32,000 bases of DNA from Candidatus Brocadia sp. (GCA_021650915.1 CP091279.1:2310001-2342000); one strand, 5' to 3'. Positions 16,796-26,546 are shown, counted from the first letter of the stretch. Program-made: numbers and translations. Notes: generated by a model not told the origin, from the letters alone.

Positions 16796-17533
16796 ATGAG
16801 CGAAAGGATTGAGGTACTGCGGAGATTGCAGTCAATCGATACCAAACTGCGGCGGTCGGAAGACGACAAACTCTATCGCGGGCACGATGTTCAAAAGAAA
16901 CTTGCCCTCATCCAGCAGAAGAAGACAGAATTGTTAAAGCTGAACGACGAGATAAAGAATTATCAAAAGGATGTAGGAATTAAGGAACTTGACCTGAAAA
17001 GCGCAGAAGCAGAGATTGCTAAATTGCGACTTCAGATGAATCAAGTCAAAACGAATAAGGAATACAGCGCCATCAAAACGGAAATCGGCGGAAAGGAAGC
17101 AAACAAGTCTGTTCTGGAAGAAGAAATCATTGGCATGATGACAAAATGTGAAGAAATGAATCAGAGATACCGGGTATTTGAAAAAACGATCGAGCAGGAA
17201 AATTCTCAGTTCAAGGAGCTCCAGAAACAGGTGGAGGCGGATATGAAGACCATTGATGCAGAGATGCATGAACTGACAACCATGCGCAATAAATACGCAA
17301 CCTTGCTTGACTCAGACGCACTGCAACACTATAATCGCTTAGTAAGCCACAAGGATGCCGTGGCTATCGTCCCGGTAGTTAACCGGGTATGTCAGGGATG
17401 TTTTATGTCCGTAACAGCCCAGACGTTGAATCAGCTTTTATCAGGCAAGGACCTTACCTTTTGCAATAGTTGCGGGCGTATTTTATATCTGAATAACGGG
17501 AATGAAGTCTTAACCGAGGAAGAAGAAAAGTAG
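16796..17533 (+). CDS. COG1579/DUF164-type coiled-coil protein with C-terminal C4 zinc ribbon
   Basis: Long heptad-rich coiled coil followed by CQGCFMSV...(19 aa)...CNSCGRILY. The architecture matches HP0958-like zinc-ribbon proteins. Confidence 0.7.
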   Translation: MSERIEVLRRLQSIDTKLRRSEDDKLYRGHDVQKKLALIQQKKTELLKLNDEIKNYQKDVGIKELDLKSAEAEIAKLRLQMNQVKTNKEYSAIKTEIGGKEANKSVLEEEIIGMMTKCEEMNQRYRVFEKTIEQENSQFKELQKQVEADMKTIDAEMHELTTMRNKYATLLDSDALQHYNRLVSHKDAVAIVPVVNRVCQGCFMSVTAQTLNQLLSGKDLTFCNSCGRILYLNNGNEVLTEEEEK

Positions 17534-17924
17534 ACAAGGCGGTCGTCGGCTCTTTTTTTTAAGTAAAAAGGGCGGGAGGAAAGTCCGAGCTCCACAGGAC
17601 ACAGTGCTCCGTAACGCGGAGTCCCGGCAACGGGAAGGAAAGTGCAACAGAAAATATACCGTTCCATTTTTTAGTGGAATAAGGGTGAAATGGCGGGGTC
17701 GTTTCCCCGGTAAAAAGTCCGGGTCTGAACTGACTTAATGTAAGAGCCCACCGCTCCGGTGGTGACATCGGAGGCATGGCAAACCCCACTGGGAGAAAGG
17801 TTAAATAGAGAGGGATGAAGTGGTCCGCTTCGGTAGCACCTCTGGGTAAACCGTTTGATCTCGCTGGCAACGACGAGACTAGATAAATGACCGCCCACGA
17901 CAGAACTCGGCTTATTGTCTACTT
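17528..17924 (+). ncRNA. rnpB: RNase P RNA, bacterial type A
   Basis: Conserved blocks GGGAGGAAAGTCCGAGCTCCACAGG, GTGCAACAGAAAA, AAGGGTGAAA, GTAAGAGC and ACAGAACTCGGCTTA. P1 pairs AAGTAGACAA (17528-17537) with TTGTCTACTT (17915-17924). P2 pairs GGCGGTC (17538-17544) with GACCGCC (17889-17895). Confidence 0.93.
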
Positions 17925-17935
17925 AAAAAGAAAAA

Positions 17936-17975
17936 CCCCTCTGATGTATTGTTTTTCAGAGGGGCTTTTCTTTTT
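17936..17975. terminator. bidirectional intrinsic terminator between rnpB (+) and the kor operon (-)
   Basis: CCCCTCTGA (17936-17944), an 11-nt loop, then TCAGAGGGG (17956-17964) followed by CTTTTCTTTTT. On the - strand the same stem is followed by TTTTTCTTTTT. Confidence 0.75.
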
Positions 17976-18139
17976 CCGGCGACCTATTTCTTTTTTCCCT
18001 TTTCTCCGCCTTTTTGCTTTTCCATCCCTTCCTTCTTTTTTCCGCCGGGGTTATGTTTCGCACATGTCGTACACATATTCCCACTCCTCTTCTGTCAAAA
18101 AAGGTGATTTCTGAAATAAAATACCGTTTTCGTGAATTT

Positions 18140-18721
18140 TTACCGTACGGATGACTGACGTATGGATTCTATCAGGTGCAAACCCCTCTCAAGGGCTTGT
18201 TTATTGATGGTAAATAAATCTCCCTTCTTCCCTTTCAACATCTCTTGCAACTGTTCCAAAATAAGGCTGGGAGAAAATAACTTTTTAATCTCCAGATAGG
18301 CACCCAGCATGACGATGTTTGAGACCAGGACATTTCCCAGCTTACTTGCGATCTCTGTTGCTGGTATATTAAAGACGGTAGCGTCATGATGGCTGTCTGC
18401 CTTGATCATGGATGCGTTTAAAAGAAGCAACCCTTTAGACTTTAGCATCCCCTTGAATTTTTGATACGAAGGCTGATTCATGATAATCAGGGTATCCGCC
18501 TCTTCAATAATCGGAGAAAAAATTTCATCATTTGAAATAACCAGGTGATATACCGCCGTCCCGCCTCGCACTTCAGTACCATAGGAAGGAAAATAGGTTA
18601 CCTTCTTTCCATCCGTCATAGCGGCCTGGGCAAGTAATTTTCCCAGCAGCATCATTCCCTGTCCGCCAAAACCGGCCAAAACAATCCTTTCCGTCATTTG
18701 GGTAGAAAAATAATTACTCAT
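18140..18721 (-). CDS. korG: 2-oxoacid:ferredoxin oxidoreductase, gamma subunit
   Basis: 193 aa with LAGFGGQGMMLLGKLLAQAA, YGTEVRGGTA and NIVMLGAYL, the gamma/domain-III signature. It is the last gene of the delta-alpha-beta-gamma cluster. Confidence 0.85.
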   Translation of the reverse strand: MSNYFSTQMTERIVLAGFGGQGMMLLGKLLAQAAMTDGKKVTYFPSYGTEVRGGTAVYHLVISNDEIFSPIIEEADTLIIMNQPSYQKFKGMLKSKGLLLLNASMIKADSHHDATVFNIPATEIASKLGNVLVSNIVMLGAYLEIKKLFSPSLILEQLQEMLKGKKGDLFTINKQALERGLHLIESIRQSSVR

Positions 18722-19457
18722 GGTCCCAATCTTTAATTACACCAAGCGGGAATGCCTTGGACATTTCCTCGTCAATATGCCGCATCGCTTCGTTGGCATC
18801 CATCCGCCAATAAATGGGACAGGGCGACAGAATTTCTATCAGGGAAAATCCTCTTTTCTCCATCTGTGTCTTAAATCCTTTTTCAAGGGCTTTCTTCGCC
18901 TTCCGAACATTTTCCGGGGAGGAAAGGCTCACTCGTTCAAGATAGCTGCTTCCTCCTAAAACGGCCAGAAGTTCACAAACACGAATAGGATGTCCCTCGC
19001 TGAGCGGGTTTCTGCCTGATTGCGTAGTTGCCGTTTTCTGCCCCGGAAGGGTTGTTGGCGCCATCTGACCGTTCGTCATACCGTATACAGCATTATTGAC
19101 AAAGATGAAGGTAATATTCTCGCCTCTGTTAGCTGCATGAATAATCTCTGCCGTCCCGATTGCCGCAAGATCACCGTCGCCCTGATAGGCAAAAACGACG
19201 TGGTCGGGATGCACCCGTTTAATTCCGGTGGCCACCGCCGGAGGGCGGCCATGTGCAGCTTCACACATATCAATATCAAGATAATTATAGGCAAGCACGG
19301 AACACCCTACCGGAGCCAGCCCAATAGTTTTTCCCCGGATTCCCCATGCATCAATGATTTCCGCGATAAGCCTCAGCACAATTCCGTGTCCGCACCCAGG
19401 ACAAAAATGCGTTGGGGTATCGATAAATGTTTTTGGCTTTTCATATAATGCTTTCAT
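18714..19457 (-). CDS. korB: 2-oxoacid:ferredoxin oxidoreductase, beta (TPP-binding) subunit
   Basis: 247 aa with FCPGCGHG, the TPP-binding motif YQGDGDLAAIG...NNAVYGMT, and CP near the C-terminus. Confidence 0.9.
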   Translation of the reverse strand: MKALYEKPKTFIDTPTHFCPGCGHGIVLRLIAEIIDAWGIRGKTIGLAPVGCSVLAYNYLDIDMCEAAHGRPPAVATGIKRVHPDHVVFAYQGDGDLAAIGTAEIIHAANRGENITFIFVNNAVYGMTNGQMAPTTLPGQKTATTQSGRNPLSEGHPIRVCELLAVLGGSSYLERVSLSSPENVRKAKKALEKGFKTQMEKRGFSLIEILSPCPIYWRMDANEAMRHIDEEMSKAFPLGVIKDWDHE

Positions 19458-19458
19458 A

Positions 19459-20553
19459 TCATCTTACCTCAGCTAATTGTAATAAGGTATTGGCCAGATT
19501 GTCTGGTACGATTTCCACAATCTTTTTGATTACCTGCGAAGATGTTGGAACTCCACCACCAGTCCTCCCGTAAAAATGAACCGGGCATCTGCCTTCAACG
19601 GCAAGTCTTACATCTTCAACCATCTGCCCAGAGCTCATCTCAACCGTCAAAATACACTGCACTTTTTCCGCGACCCTGCGAATGACCTCTTTCGGAAAAG
19701 GCCACAGGGTAATGGGACGTATTAAGCCAACCTTGAATTCGAGCTGTCTGCTCTTCTTAACAACTTCCGTGCATACCCGCGCAGATGTTCCGTAAGCGAC
19801 TAATACCACGTCTGCTTTATGCGTATTAATCATTTCATAACGGACTTCGTTCTCATCTATCGTCTTGTATTTCCTCTGCAGGTGGGCATTAAACTCCTCC
19901 AGTTGCCCTTTTACGGGATAGAAAGACTTTACAATATTTCTCTTTCTCCCTTCAGCCCCTGCCAATGCCCAGGTTTTTGGGGGGAGGTTTTCCCTGGGTT
20001 TCTTATGAAATTCCACGGGTTCCATCAACTGACCGATTTGTGCGTCGCCCAGGATCATAACCGGATTTCGGTACTTATCGGCAAGATCAAAGGCATCGTA
20101 CACCAGATCTGCCATCTCCTGAACAGAACTGGGCGCCAGCACTATGACATGGTAATCACCATGTCCGCCACCTTTGACTGCCTGAAAATAGTCTGCCTGA
20201 GACGCTGAGATATCCCCTAACCCAGGCCCTCCGCGCTGTATATTGACAATGACACACGGCAATTCACTCCCGGCGAGATAGGAAATTCCCTCCTGTTTCA
20301 GACTAATGCCGGGACTGGAGGATGATGTCATGGCACGACCACCTGCTGCCGCACTTCCATAGACCATATTGATGGCTGCGATCTCGCTCTCAGCCTGAAT
20401 AAAGGCACCGCCAACCTGGGGCATCCTCGCTGACATATAATTGATCAGTTCATTCTGAGGAGTAATAGGATACCCATAATAGTACCTACAACCTGCCACA
20501 ATAGCTGCTTCCGCAGCCGCCTCATTTCCCGTCATTAATTGTTTCATGATCAA
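19459..20553 (-). CDS. korA: 2-oxoacid:ferredoxin oxidoreductase, alpha subunit
   Basis: 364 aa with MTGNEAAAEAAIVAGCRYYYGYPITPQNE, AESEIAAINMVYGSAAAGGRAMTSSSSPG and the transketolase-C-like C-terminal part. Confidence 0.9.
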   Translation of the reverse strand: MIMKQLMTGNEAAAEAAIVAGCRYYYGYPITPQNELINYMSARMPQVGGAFIQAESEIAAINMVYGSAAAGGRAMTSSSSPGISLKQEGISYLAGSELPCVIVNIQRGGPGLGDISASQADYFQAVKGGGHGDYHVIVLAPSSVQEMADLVYDAFDLADKYRNPVMILGDAQIGQLMEPVEFHKKPRENLPPKTWALAGAEGRKRNIVKSFYPVKGQLEEFNAHLQRKYKTIDENEVRYEMINTHKADVVLVAYGTSARVCTEVVKKSRQLEFKVGLIRPITLWPFPKEVIRRVAEKVQCILTVEMSSGQMVEDVRLAVEGRCPVHFYGRTGGGVPTSSQVIKKIVEIVPDNLANTLLQLAEVR

Positions 20554-20594
20554 TATGCCCTTTGTAAATTGTTTTAAAGATAACGCTCATACCG

Positions 20595-20798
20595 TTAGTG
20601 ATAAATCTCTATCGCTACATCAGGACACATGATTGCACATTTTTTACAACCATCACATTCCGCATCTTCCCTGAATTTCACCGGATGCAAACCCTGTTCA
20701 TTGATGGTATCAGATATAACAAACGCCTTGTTATGGCATACCGGCACACAGAGAAGGCATCCCTTACAATAATTCTCTTTTATCTTAATTACGGCCAT
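20595..20798 (-). CDS. korD: 2-oxoacid:ferredoxin oxidoreductase, delta subunit (2x[4Fe-4S] ferredoxin)
   Basis: 67 aa with two cluster motifs, CKGCLLCVPVC and CDGCKKCAIMCP. Confidence 0.85.
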   Translation of the reverse strand: MAVIKIKENYCKGCLLCVPVCHNKAFVISDTINEQGLHPVKFREDAECDGCKKCAIMCPDVAIEIYH

Positions 20799-21627
20799 AA
20801 TTCGGTTGTCCTCCCCAATTCAACTTCTCCCGCAACACGCCATAAAATGTCCTTTCGCCCGTGTCTATCATCTGAACCTCAACATCTGATCTTTCAACCT
20901 TTACCTTATCGCCCATTTCCAGATCCGTAAAGACCTGACCATCAACCGTAAAACCGGTGCCGGTTAACTGAGATAAGATTTCCATTTCGATTTTTACATC
21001 CGCAGAAACTACCAGCGGCCGGTTTGTCAACGTATGAGGACATATGGGCACGATAATAAAGGCATGCAAATCAGGCGTTAAAAGCGGTCCTCCGGCAGAC
21101 AGCGAATGCGCCGTTGAGCCCAGGGGTGTAGATATGATCAGGCCATCCGCCCGATATGTTGCAACGTCTTCCCCATCAATATTTAATTTTATGGAGATCA
21201 ACCGAGAGAGAGAAGAGCGGGAGATCACCGCATCATTAATACCCATGGATTCGCTTATCATATTTCCTGCGCGTTCGACACGGGATAACAGGAGCATCCT
21301 TTTACGCACCCGATAATTTCCGACAAATATTTTTTCTAAGGAGGCGCACACATTCTTTTCCATAAGTTCTGCCAAGAAGCCAAATCTTCCCATGTGTACA
21401 CCTATGATTGGTATTTGATTTTTTCCAAGCCCCCGGCATGTCGAAAGAATTGCTCCATCGCCTCCAAACACTATCGCAATTTCCGCTCCAATCTTCTCAA
21501 TTTTCTTCCCTTTTGACACATCAAGAATTTCAGCAACGACATGTTTGTCCAACCATGGTTTTAAGCCAAAGATCGTATCATAAATCTTTTTCCTACTCAA
21601 GTCGCCAAGAACCAGAATCTTTTTCAT
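20785..21627 (-). CDS. nadK: NAD(+) kinase
   Basis: GGDG motif (IVFGGDGAILS), NDAVISR, and DGLIISTPLGSTAHSLSAGGP. Confidence 0.92.
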   Translation of the reverse strand: MKKILVLGDLSRKKIYDTIFGLKPWLDKHVVAEILDVSKGKKIEKIGAEIAIVFGGDGAILSTCRGLGKNQIPIIGVHMGRFGFLAELMEKNVCASLEKIFVGNYRVRKRMLLLSRVERAGNMISESMGINDAVISRSSLSRLISIKLNIDGEDVATYRADGLIISTPLGSTAHSLSAGGPLLTPDLHAFIIVPICPHTLTNRPLVVSADVKIEMEILSQLTGTGFTVDGQVFTDLEMGDKVKVERSDVEVQMIDTGERTFYGVLREKLNWGGQPNYGRN

Positions 21628-21631
21628 TCGT

Positions 21632-23566
21632 TTAAACGGTCAAACGTTGCTTCCCTGCCTTGGTAAAGGAACCGCGCATATCCATCAAATCAAGCATTGC
21701 AATAAATTTCTCAGCAATTCCATTCTCATCTAAGCCAATATTTTTTAATATCAGATTTCGCGGACCATGCTCCATAAAGCGATCAGGAATGCCCATGCGC
21801 ACAATTTTGTTACCGTTTTCCCCTTCATCTGAAACGAGTTCAAGCACCGCAGATCCAAAACCACCCATTAACGCATGGTCTTCCGCCGTAAGAATTAATT
21901 TGTTATTCCTAACCAATCTTAAAATAAGTTCTTTGTCAAGTGGTTTCGCAAACCTTGCATTTACCACGGTCACCTCAACTCCTTTTTCACTAAGTCTTTC
22001 TGCCGCGTCCATGCATCGGTACACCATAGCGCCGTAGGCCAGGAGAACGCCGTCGGGCCCTTCTCGCAAAATTTCGGCCTTTCCGATTTCAAATTTTTTA
22101 TACTGAGGACTGAGTTTTTCCTCGGGGATGTCCTCTTTCGGGTACCGGATCGCTACGGGTTTTCCCGATTCCAGGGCAATCTTCAGCATAGACATTAACT
22201 CATTTCCATCTTTTGGCGCCATTAAGACAATCTCGGGCAGATTACGAAGATAGGCAATGTCAAAAATCCCGTTATGGGTCGCCCCGTCATTTCCCACAAT
22301 CCCCGCCCGGTCGAGCGCAAAGACCACCCCATGTTTCTGCAAACAGATGTCGTGAAACACCTGATCATAAGCCCTTTGCAAGAATGTTGAATAGATAGCA
22401 ACCACGGGCTTGATCCCCCCAGCCGACAGCCCATTCGCCAAACCCACGGCGTGTTGTTCGCAAATTCCCACGTCATAGAATCTGTCAGGAAATTTTTTTC
22501 CAAAAGATACGATACCGGTTCCATCGGGCATGGCAGCGGTAATGCCCACCACATTCGGGTCTGTTTTTGCCAGTTCTACAAGGGTATTCCCAAAGACCTT
22601 GGTATAGGCAATCTTTTGGGAATCGTGAGATGACGTCTTGATTTTTCCGTTACACATCTCAAACTTGCCGGCGCTGTGGTATTGTGCCGGGTTTTGGTAT
22701 GCCGGTTCAAAACCCCTCCCTTTTTCCGTTATCACATGGAGTAATACAGGCCCACCAAGATGCTTAATATTATTCAGAGTATCAATGAGTATTCGGAAAT
22801 CATGTCCATCAATTGGCCCAAAATAATTCAAACCAAGGTCTTTAAATATTTGACCTGGAATACCCCCTCTCTGGATTAACTCGACAATACGTTCCAGGGT
22901 CTTCTCAACCGGTTTGCCAAGCACCGGAACCACTTTCAACAGACCGTGAACCTCTTTTCTCACATCCGCATAGATGGGGGCTGTCCGGATTTTGTTCAGA
23001 TATTTTGAGAAAGCGCCAACGGTGTTGGAAATCGACATTTCATTGTCATTTAATACCACCAGCACATTTTTTTTCAGATCGCCCGCGTGATTCAATGCCT
23101 CCAAAGACATTCCCGCCCCAATAGCACCGTCACCTACAACTGCCACGATCGATCTCTTTTCTCCACGAATTGCGTCAGCGCAAGACAGCCCCAGGGCAGC
23201 CGATATGGCATCCCCGCTGTGACCGCACGTAAAGGGGTCATAATCACTCTCGTTTTTATCAGGGAAACCACTGAGACCCTTATATTGTCTGAGGGTTAGA
23301 AACTTCGATTTTCTACCCGTCAAAATCTTGTGAACATATGCCTGATGTCCCACATCCCACACAATTTTATCTTTTTTAAAATCGAAACAATAGTGAAGTG
23401 CGATGGTTAACTCGACAACACCCAGGTTTGAAGAAAGGTGACCGGGGTTTTTCGAAACGACATCCACAATAAATTCGCGGATTTCCGTTGCGAGTTTTGG
23501 TAAGTCTGTCAGGTTTAATTTCTTTAAATCTTCCGGATATTCAACAGAATCCAATAGTTTACTCAT
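21632..23566 (-). CDS. dxs: 1-deoxy-D-xylulose-5-phosphate synthase
   Basis: 644 aa with GHLSSNLGVVELT, WDVGHQAY.HK, GHSG.AISAALG, the TPP motif VVGDGAIGAGMSLEALN, DVGICEQHAV and FLQRAYDQ. Confidence 0.96.
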   Translation of the reverse strand: MSKLLDSVEYPEDLKKLNLTDLPKLATEIREFIVDVVSKNPGHLSSNLGVVELTIALHYCFDFKKDKIVWDVGHQAYVHKILTGRKSKFLTLRQYKGLSGFPDKNESDYDPFTCGHSGDAISAALGLSCADAIRGEKRSIVAVVGDGAIGAGMSLEALNHAGDLKKNVLVVLNDNEMSISNTVGAFSKYLNKIRTAPIYADVRKEVHGLLKVVPVLGKPVEKTLERIVELIQRGGIPGQIFKDLGLNYFGPIDGHDFRILIDTLNNIKHLGGPVLLHVITEKGRGFEPAYQNPAQYHSAGKFEMCNGKIKTSSHDSQKIAYTKVFGNTLVELAKTDPNVVGITAAMPDGTGIVSFGKKFPDRFYDVGICEQHAVGLANGLSAGGIKPVVAIYSTFLQRAYDQVFHDICLQKHGVVFALDRAGIVGNDGATHNGIFDIAYLRNLPEIVLMAPKDGNELMSMLKIALESGKPVAIRYPKEDIPEEKLSPQYKKFEIGKAEILREGPDGVLLAYGAMVYRCMDAAERLSEKGVEVTVVNARFAKPLDKELILRLVRNNKLILTAEDHALMGGFGSAVLELVSDEGENGNKIVRMGIPDRFMEHGPRNLILKNIGLDENGIAEKFIAMLDLMDMRGSFTKAGKQRLTV

Positions 23567-23614
23567 GTTTCACTTTGTGACACATTGAAAAAGGTTATGT
23601 AGGTAAACAAAGAG

Positions 23615-23863
23615 CTATTTTGAATTATTGCCTTGGGTGAATTCAAGTTCATAATCCCTGGTACGAAAAACGCCATTTTCGTCCTTCACGAGGATCTGAA
23701 TCTTTTTTTCTGCATCCTCTAATAAGGCGATACACTGCTTATACAGCTTAATACCCTGCTCATATTTTGACAAGGTTTCATCGAGCGGCAAATCCCCCTT
23801 TTCGAGACGTTCCACAATATCCTCTAATCCTTTTACTGCATCCTCAAATTTTATCTTCGCCAT
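23615..23863 (-). CDS. xseB: exodeoxyribonuclease VII small subunit
   Basis: 82 aa: FEDAVKGLEDIVERLEKGDLPLDETLSKYEQGIKLYKQC...LEDAEKKIQIL, the XseB helical-hairpin signature. Confidence 0.9.
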   Translation of the reverse strand: MAKIKFEDAVKGLEDIVERLEKGDLPLDETLSKYEQGIKLYKQCIALLEDAEKKIQILVKDENGVFRTRDYELEFTQGNNSK

Positions 23864-23998
23864 AGGCTACAATTCATCCGTACAAAATTCCTTTCACCCC
23901 GTTCTGGCATCCTGATCATTATCATTGCCGCCTTTCCCGGAAGTACGAACACGCATGCCTTGCTACTTGCAATGATCGTACCGATCCTTTGTACCCGT

Positions 23999-25243
23999 TT
24001 ATTCCAGTACCTCAACGACCGATGAAACAACGCTGCCATGGGAAAAGCGCGTCTTTAACCTGTTTCCTGCAGCCAATCCTTCTGTCGACTTGATCAGTTT
24101 GTCGTCTATCACCAAAGTCGTAATCGAATATCCCCTGCTGAGCACTCGCAACGGGCTGATACTATCCAATCGGTTTGCAATGCCAGCGAGTCGTTCTCGT
24201 TCTAATTGAACCATGTGTTTCCCCGTTGTAACAAGCCGCTGCATTATTTCATCCACATCCTGTTGTAAGCGGTATACCTTATCGAACGGTCGTTTCAGAG
24301 AGAAACTGTGCTCAATCCTTAACAATCTGCTTCTCATAAGTAATATTTTATTATACAACGCTTGTACAAGTCTAGTTTTAATTTTCTCACATGCATCCAT
24401 TATTTGATCATACCGGGGGACAACCAGCTCACCAGCCTCGGTAGGGGTAAGCGCCCTTTTGTCTGCAACCAGGTCTGAAATCGTCACATCAATTTCGTGA
24501 CCCACTGCCGAGACCACAGGAATTCGGGAGGCAAAAATACTGCGCGCGACCACTTCCTCGTTAAATGCCCACAAATCCTCCAAACTTCCGCCACCTCTTC
24601 CCACAATCATTACGTCAATATTGGAAATCGTATTCAAATCACTGATCGCTTGTGCAATCTCAAGCGCCGCACCTTCACCCTGTACCTTCACGGGATAAAT
24701 GAGAATTTCCACCCTCGCAAACCGTCTGTTGATCACGTTTACGATATCTCTGATTGCAGCGCCCGTTAAAGATGTCACAACAGCAATCTTCCGGGGAAGG
24801 GCAGGGAGGGGTTTTTTATGTGCCGGGTCAAACAAACCTTCCTTTTCGAGACGTTCCTTTAATTGCAAAAAGGCCAACTGGAGCGCCCCGATTCCCTTTG
24901 GCTCCATACGTTCAACAATCAGCTGATACTGCCCGCGAGCTTCATACACCGTGACTGAACCAAAAGCCAGTACCTGCAGCCCGTCCTGTATTTCAAACTT
25001 CAGACCATGCGCAACAGATTTAAAGATAACGGCCTGAAGCTGTGCATGCGCGTCCTTCAGGGTCAGATACACATGTCCGGACGACGGTCTCTTTACATTT
25101 GACAGCTCTCCTAGAACCCAGACATTGAAGAACTCCTGTTCAACTGAACCCCGTATCCTTCTGGTCAGCTCAGAAATCGTAAGCACCGTATTCCGGCTTT
25201 TCGCTGTATCAACAAACATGGGTAAGGGACTGGCCAGATTCAT
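23999..25243 (-). CDS. xseA: exodeoxyribonuclease VII large subunit
   Basis: 414 aa with the N-terminal OB fold (VWVLGELSNVKRPSSGHVYLTLKD), IAVVTSLTGAAIRD, IVGRGGGSLEDLWAFNEE and PVVSAVGHEID.T..D.VAD.RA.TPT.A. Confidence 0.93.
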   Translation of the reverse strand: MNLASPLPMFVDTAKSRNTVLTISELTRRIRGSVEQEFFNVWVLGELSNVKRPSSGHVYLTLKDAHAQLQAVIFKSVAHGLKFEIQDGLQVLAFGSVTVYEARGQYQLIVERMEPKGIGALQLAFLQLKERLEKEGLFDPAHKKPLPALPRKIAVVTSLTGAAIRDIVNVINRRFARVEILIYPVKVQGEGAALEIAQAISDLNTISNIDVMIVGRGGGSLEDLWAFNEEVVARSIFASRIPVVSAVGHEIDVTISDLVADKRALTPTEAGELVVPRYDQIMDACEKIKTRLVQALYNKILLMRSRLLRIEHSFSLKRPFDKVYRLQQDVDEIMQRLVTTGKHMVQLERERLAGIANRLDSISPLRVLSRGYSITTLVIDDKLIKSTEGLAAGNRLKTRFSHGSVVSSVVEVLE

Positions 25244-26034
25244 CTATCACCCTCTTTAATTTCAATCCTTTTGATGCTTTCTGCATTTCCCGTTTGGCTA
25301 TTTACCACGATCTTCACGCCATTTATCCGCATATCTCTTTCTGCCACATCAAATTTCGTGGGCATCTGTGTCACAATTGCCTTTAACACACAGTCAATCT
25401 TTCTTCCCAACACGGACTCGTGAGGACCCGTCATTCCCAGGTCACTGATAAAGGCCGTTCCTTTTGGCAGTATTTTTTCGTCCGCCGTGGGCACGTGGGT
25501 ATGCGTACCCAGCACGGCGCTTACTTTACCATCCAAATACCACCCCATGGCAATTTTTTCTGAGGTTGCTTCAGCGTGCATATCCACAAAGATAACCTTT
25601 GTTTCTCTTGAAATATTTTTCACAATTTCATCAGAAACCCGAAAGGGACAATCGATGGGTTTCATAAATACCCGGCCCAATAAATTAATAACTCCAACCG
25701 GATTCCCCAACTTGGAATTCTTTATTACATAACCTTTTCCCATTGCCAGGGGGGAATAATTAGCCGGCCTGAGCACACTTGTGCCGGTTTCCATCATGGG
25801 TAATATTTCCTTTTTGTCCCATACATGGTCACCGGTAGTTATGACATCGATTCCGTACGAAAGTAATTCTGTGGCTATTTCTGCGGTAATACCTGCACCT
25901 GCGGCAGCATTTTCTCCATTTGCAATACAAAAGTGCACCTCTTCTTTATCGATAAATGGCTTGAGCTTTTCCTTTAAAATCATACGGCCCGGCTTTCCCA
26001 CAATATCACCGATAACCAAGACGTTCATTTTCAT
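25240..26034 (-). CDS. YmdB-like (TIGR00282-type) metallophosphoesterase
   Basis: VIGDIVGKPGR, ANGENAAAGAGIT, TTGDHVWDKKE, DMHAEATSEK and GTHTHVPTADE. 4-nt overlaps with both neighbouring genes. Confidence 0.85.
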   Translation of the reverse strand: MKMNVLVIGDIVGKPGRMILKEKLKPFIDKEEVHFCIANGENAAAGAGITAEIATELLSYGIDVITTGDHVWDKKEILPMMETGTSVLRPANYSPLAMGKGYVIKNSKLGNPVGVINLLGRVFMKPIDCPFRVSDEIVKNISRETKVIFVDMHAEATSEKIAMGWYLDGKVSAVLGTHTHVPTADEKILPKGTAFISDLGMTGPHESVLGRKIDCVLKAIVTQMPTKFDVAERDMRINGVKIVVNSQTGNAESIKRIEIKEGDR

Positions 26035-26531
26035 TCAACATTCTTTCTGTACGCATGTTTGAATTTCTGCATTAACCGTCTCTCAACGCCGGGCGGAACA
26101 AATTGGCTCACACTTCCGCCCAGACTAACAGCCTCCTTGATAAGCGTGGAGTTGAGAAACGAATATTGTTCACTCGTCATTACAAATACCGTCTCAACTT
26201 CCTTATTCAAAACCCGGTTCGTTAGTGCCCTCTGAAATTCATATTCAAAATCAGACACCGTACGGATACCGCGCAAGATAATCGTAGTCTTCTGTGTTTT
26301 GAGATAATCTACCAGCATCCCGTTAAAACTGTCAACTTCGACGTTTTTTAAGTCCGCAACCTCTTCCCGAATCATCCCCATGCGTTCGTCAACAGAAAAC
26401 AGGGCTTCTTTTAATGGATTGCACCCGACTGATACAACTAAGGTATCAAACACCAGACTTCCGCGCTTTATCACATCCAGATGCCCATAGGTAACAGGAT
26501 CAAACGTTCCTGGGTATACGGCTTTTCTCAT
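26031..26531 (-). CDS. coaD: phosphopantetheine adenylyltransferase
   Basis: AVYPGTFDPVTYGHLDVIKRG (T/HxGH nucleotidyltransferase motif), RGIR...DFEYE and the S.L.KE tail. Confidence 0.93.
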   Translation of the reverse strand: MRKAVYPGTFDPVTYGHLDVIKRGSLVFDTLVVSVGCNPLKEALFSVDERMGMIREEVADLKNVEVDSFNGMLVDYLKTQKTTIILRGIRTVSDFEYEFQRALTNRVLNKEVETVFVMTSEQYSFLNSTLIKEAVSLGGSVSQFVPPGVERRLMQKFKHAYRKNVE

Positions 26532-26546
26532 GATACGGTATTACCT

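Noticed and set aside
17431-17898. Three - strand ORFs of 75-103 aa (17431..17667, 17559..17870, 17671..17898)
   Set aside because: They lie antisense across the RNase P RNA gene. The open frames are a by-product of the GC-rich structured RNA, and none has an RBS or a recognisable motif.
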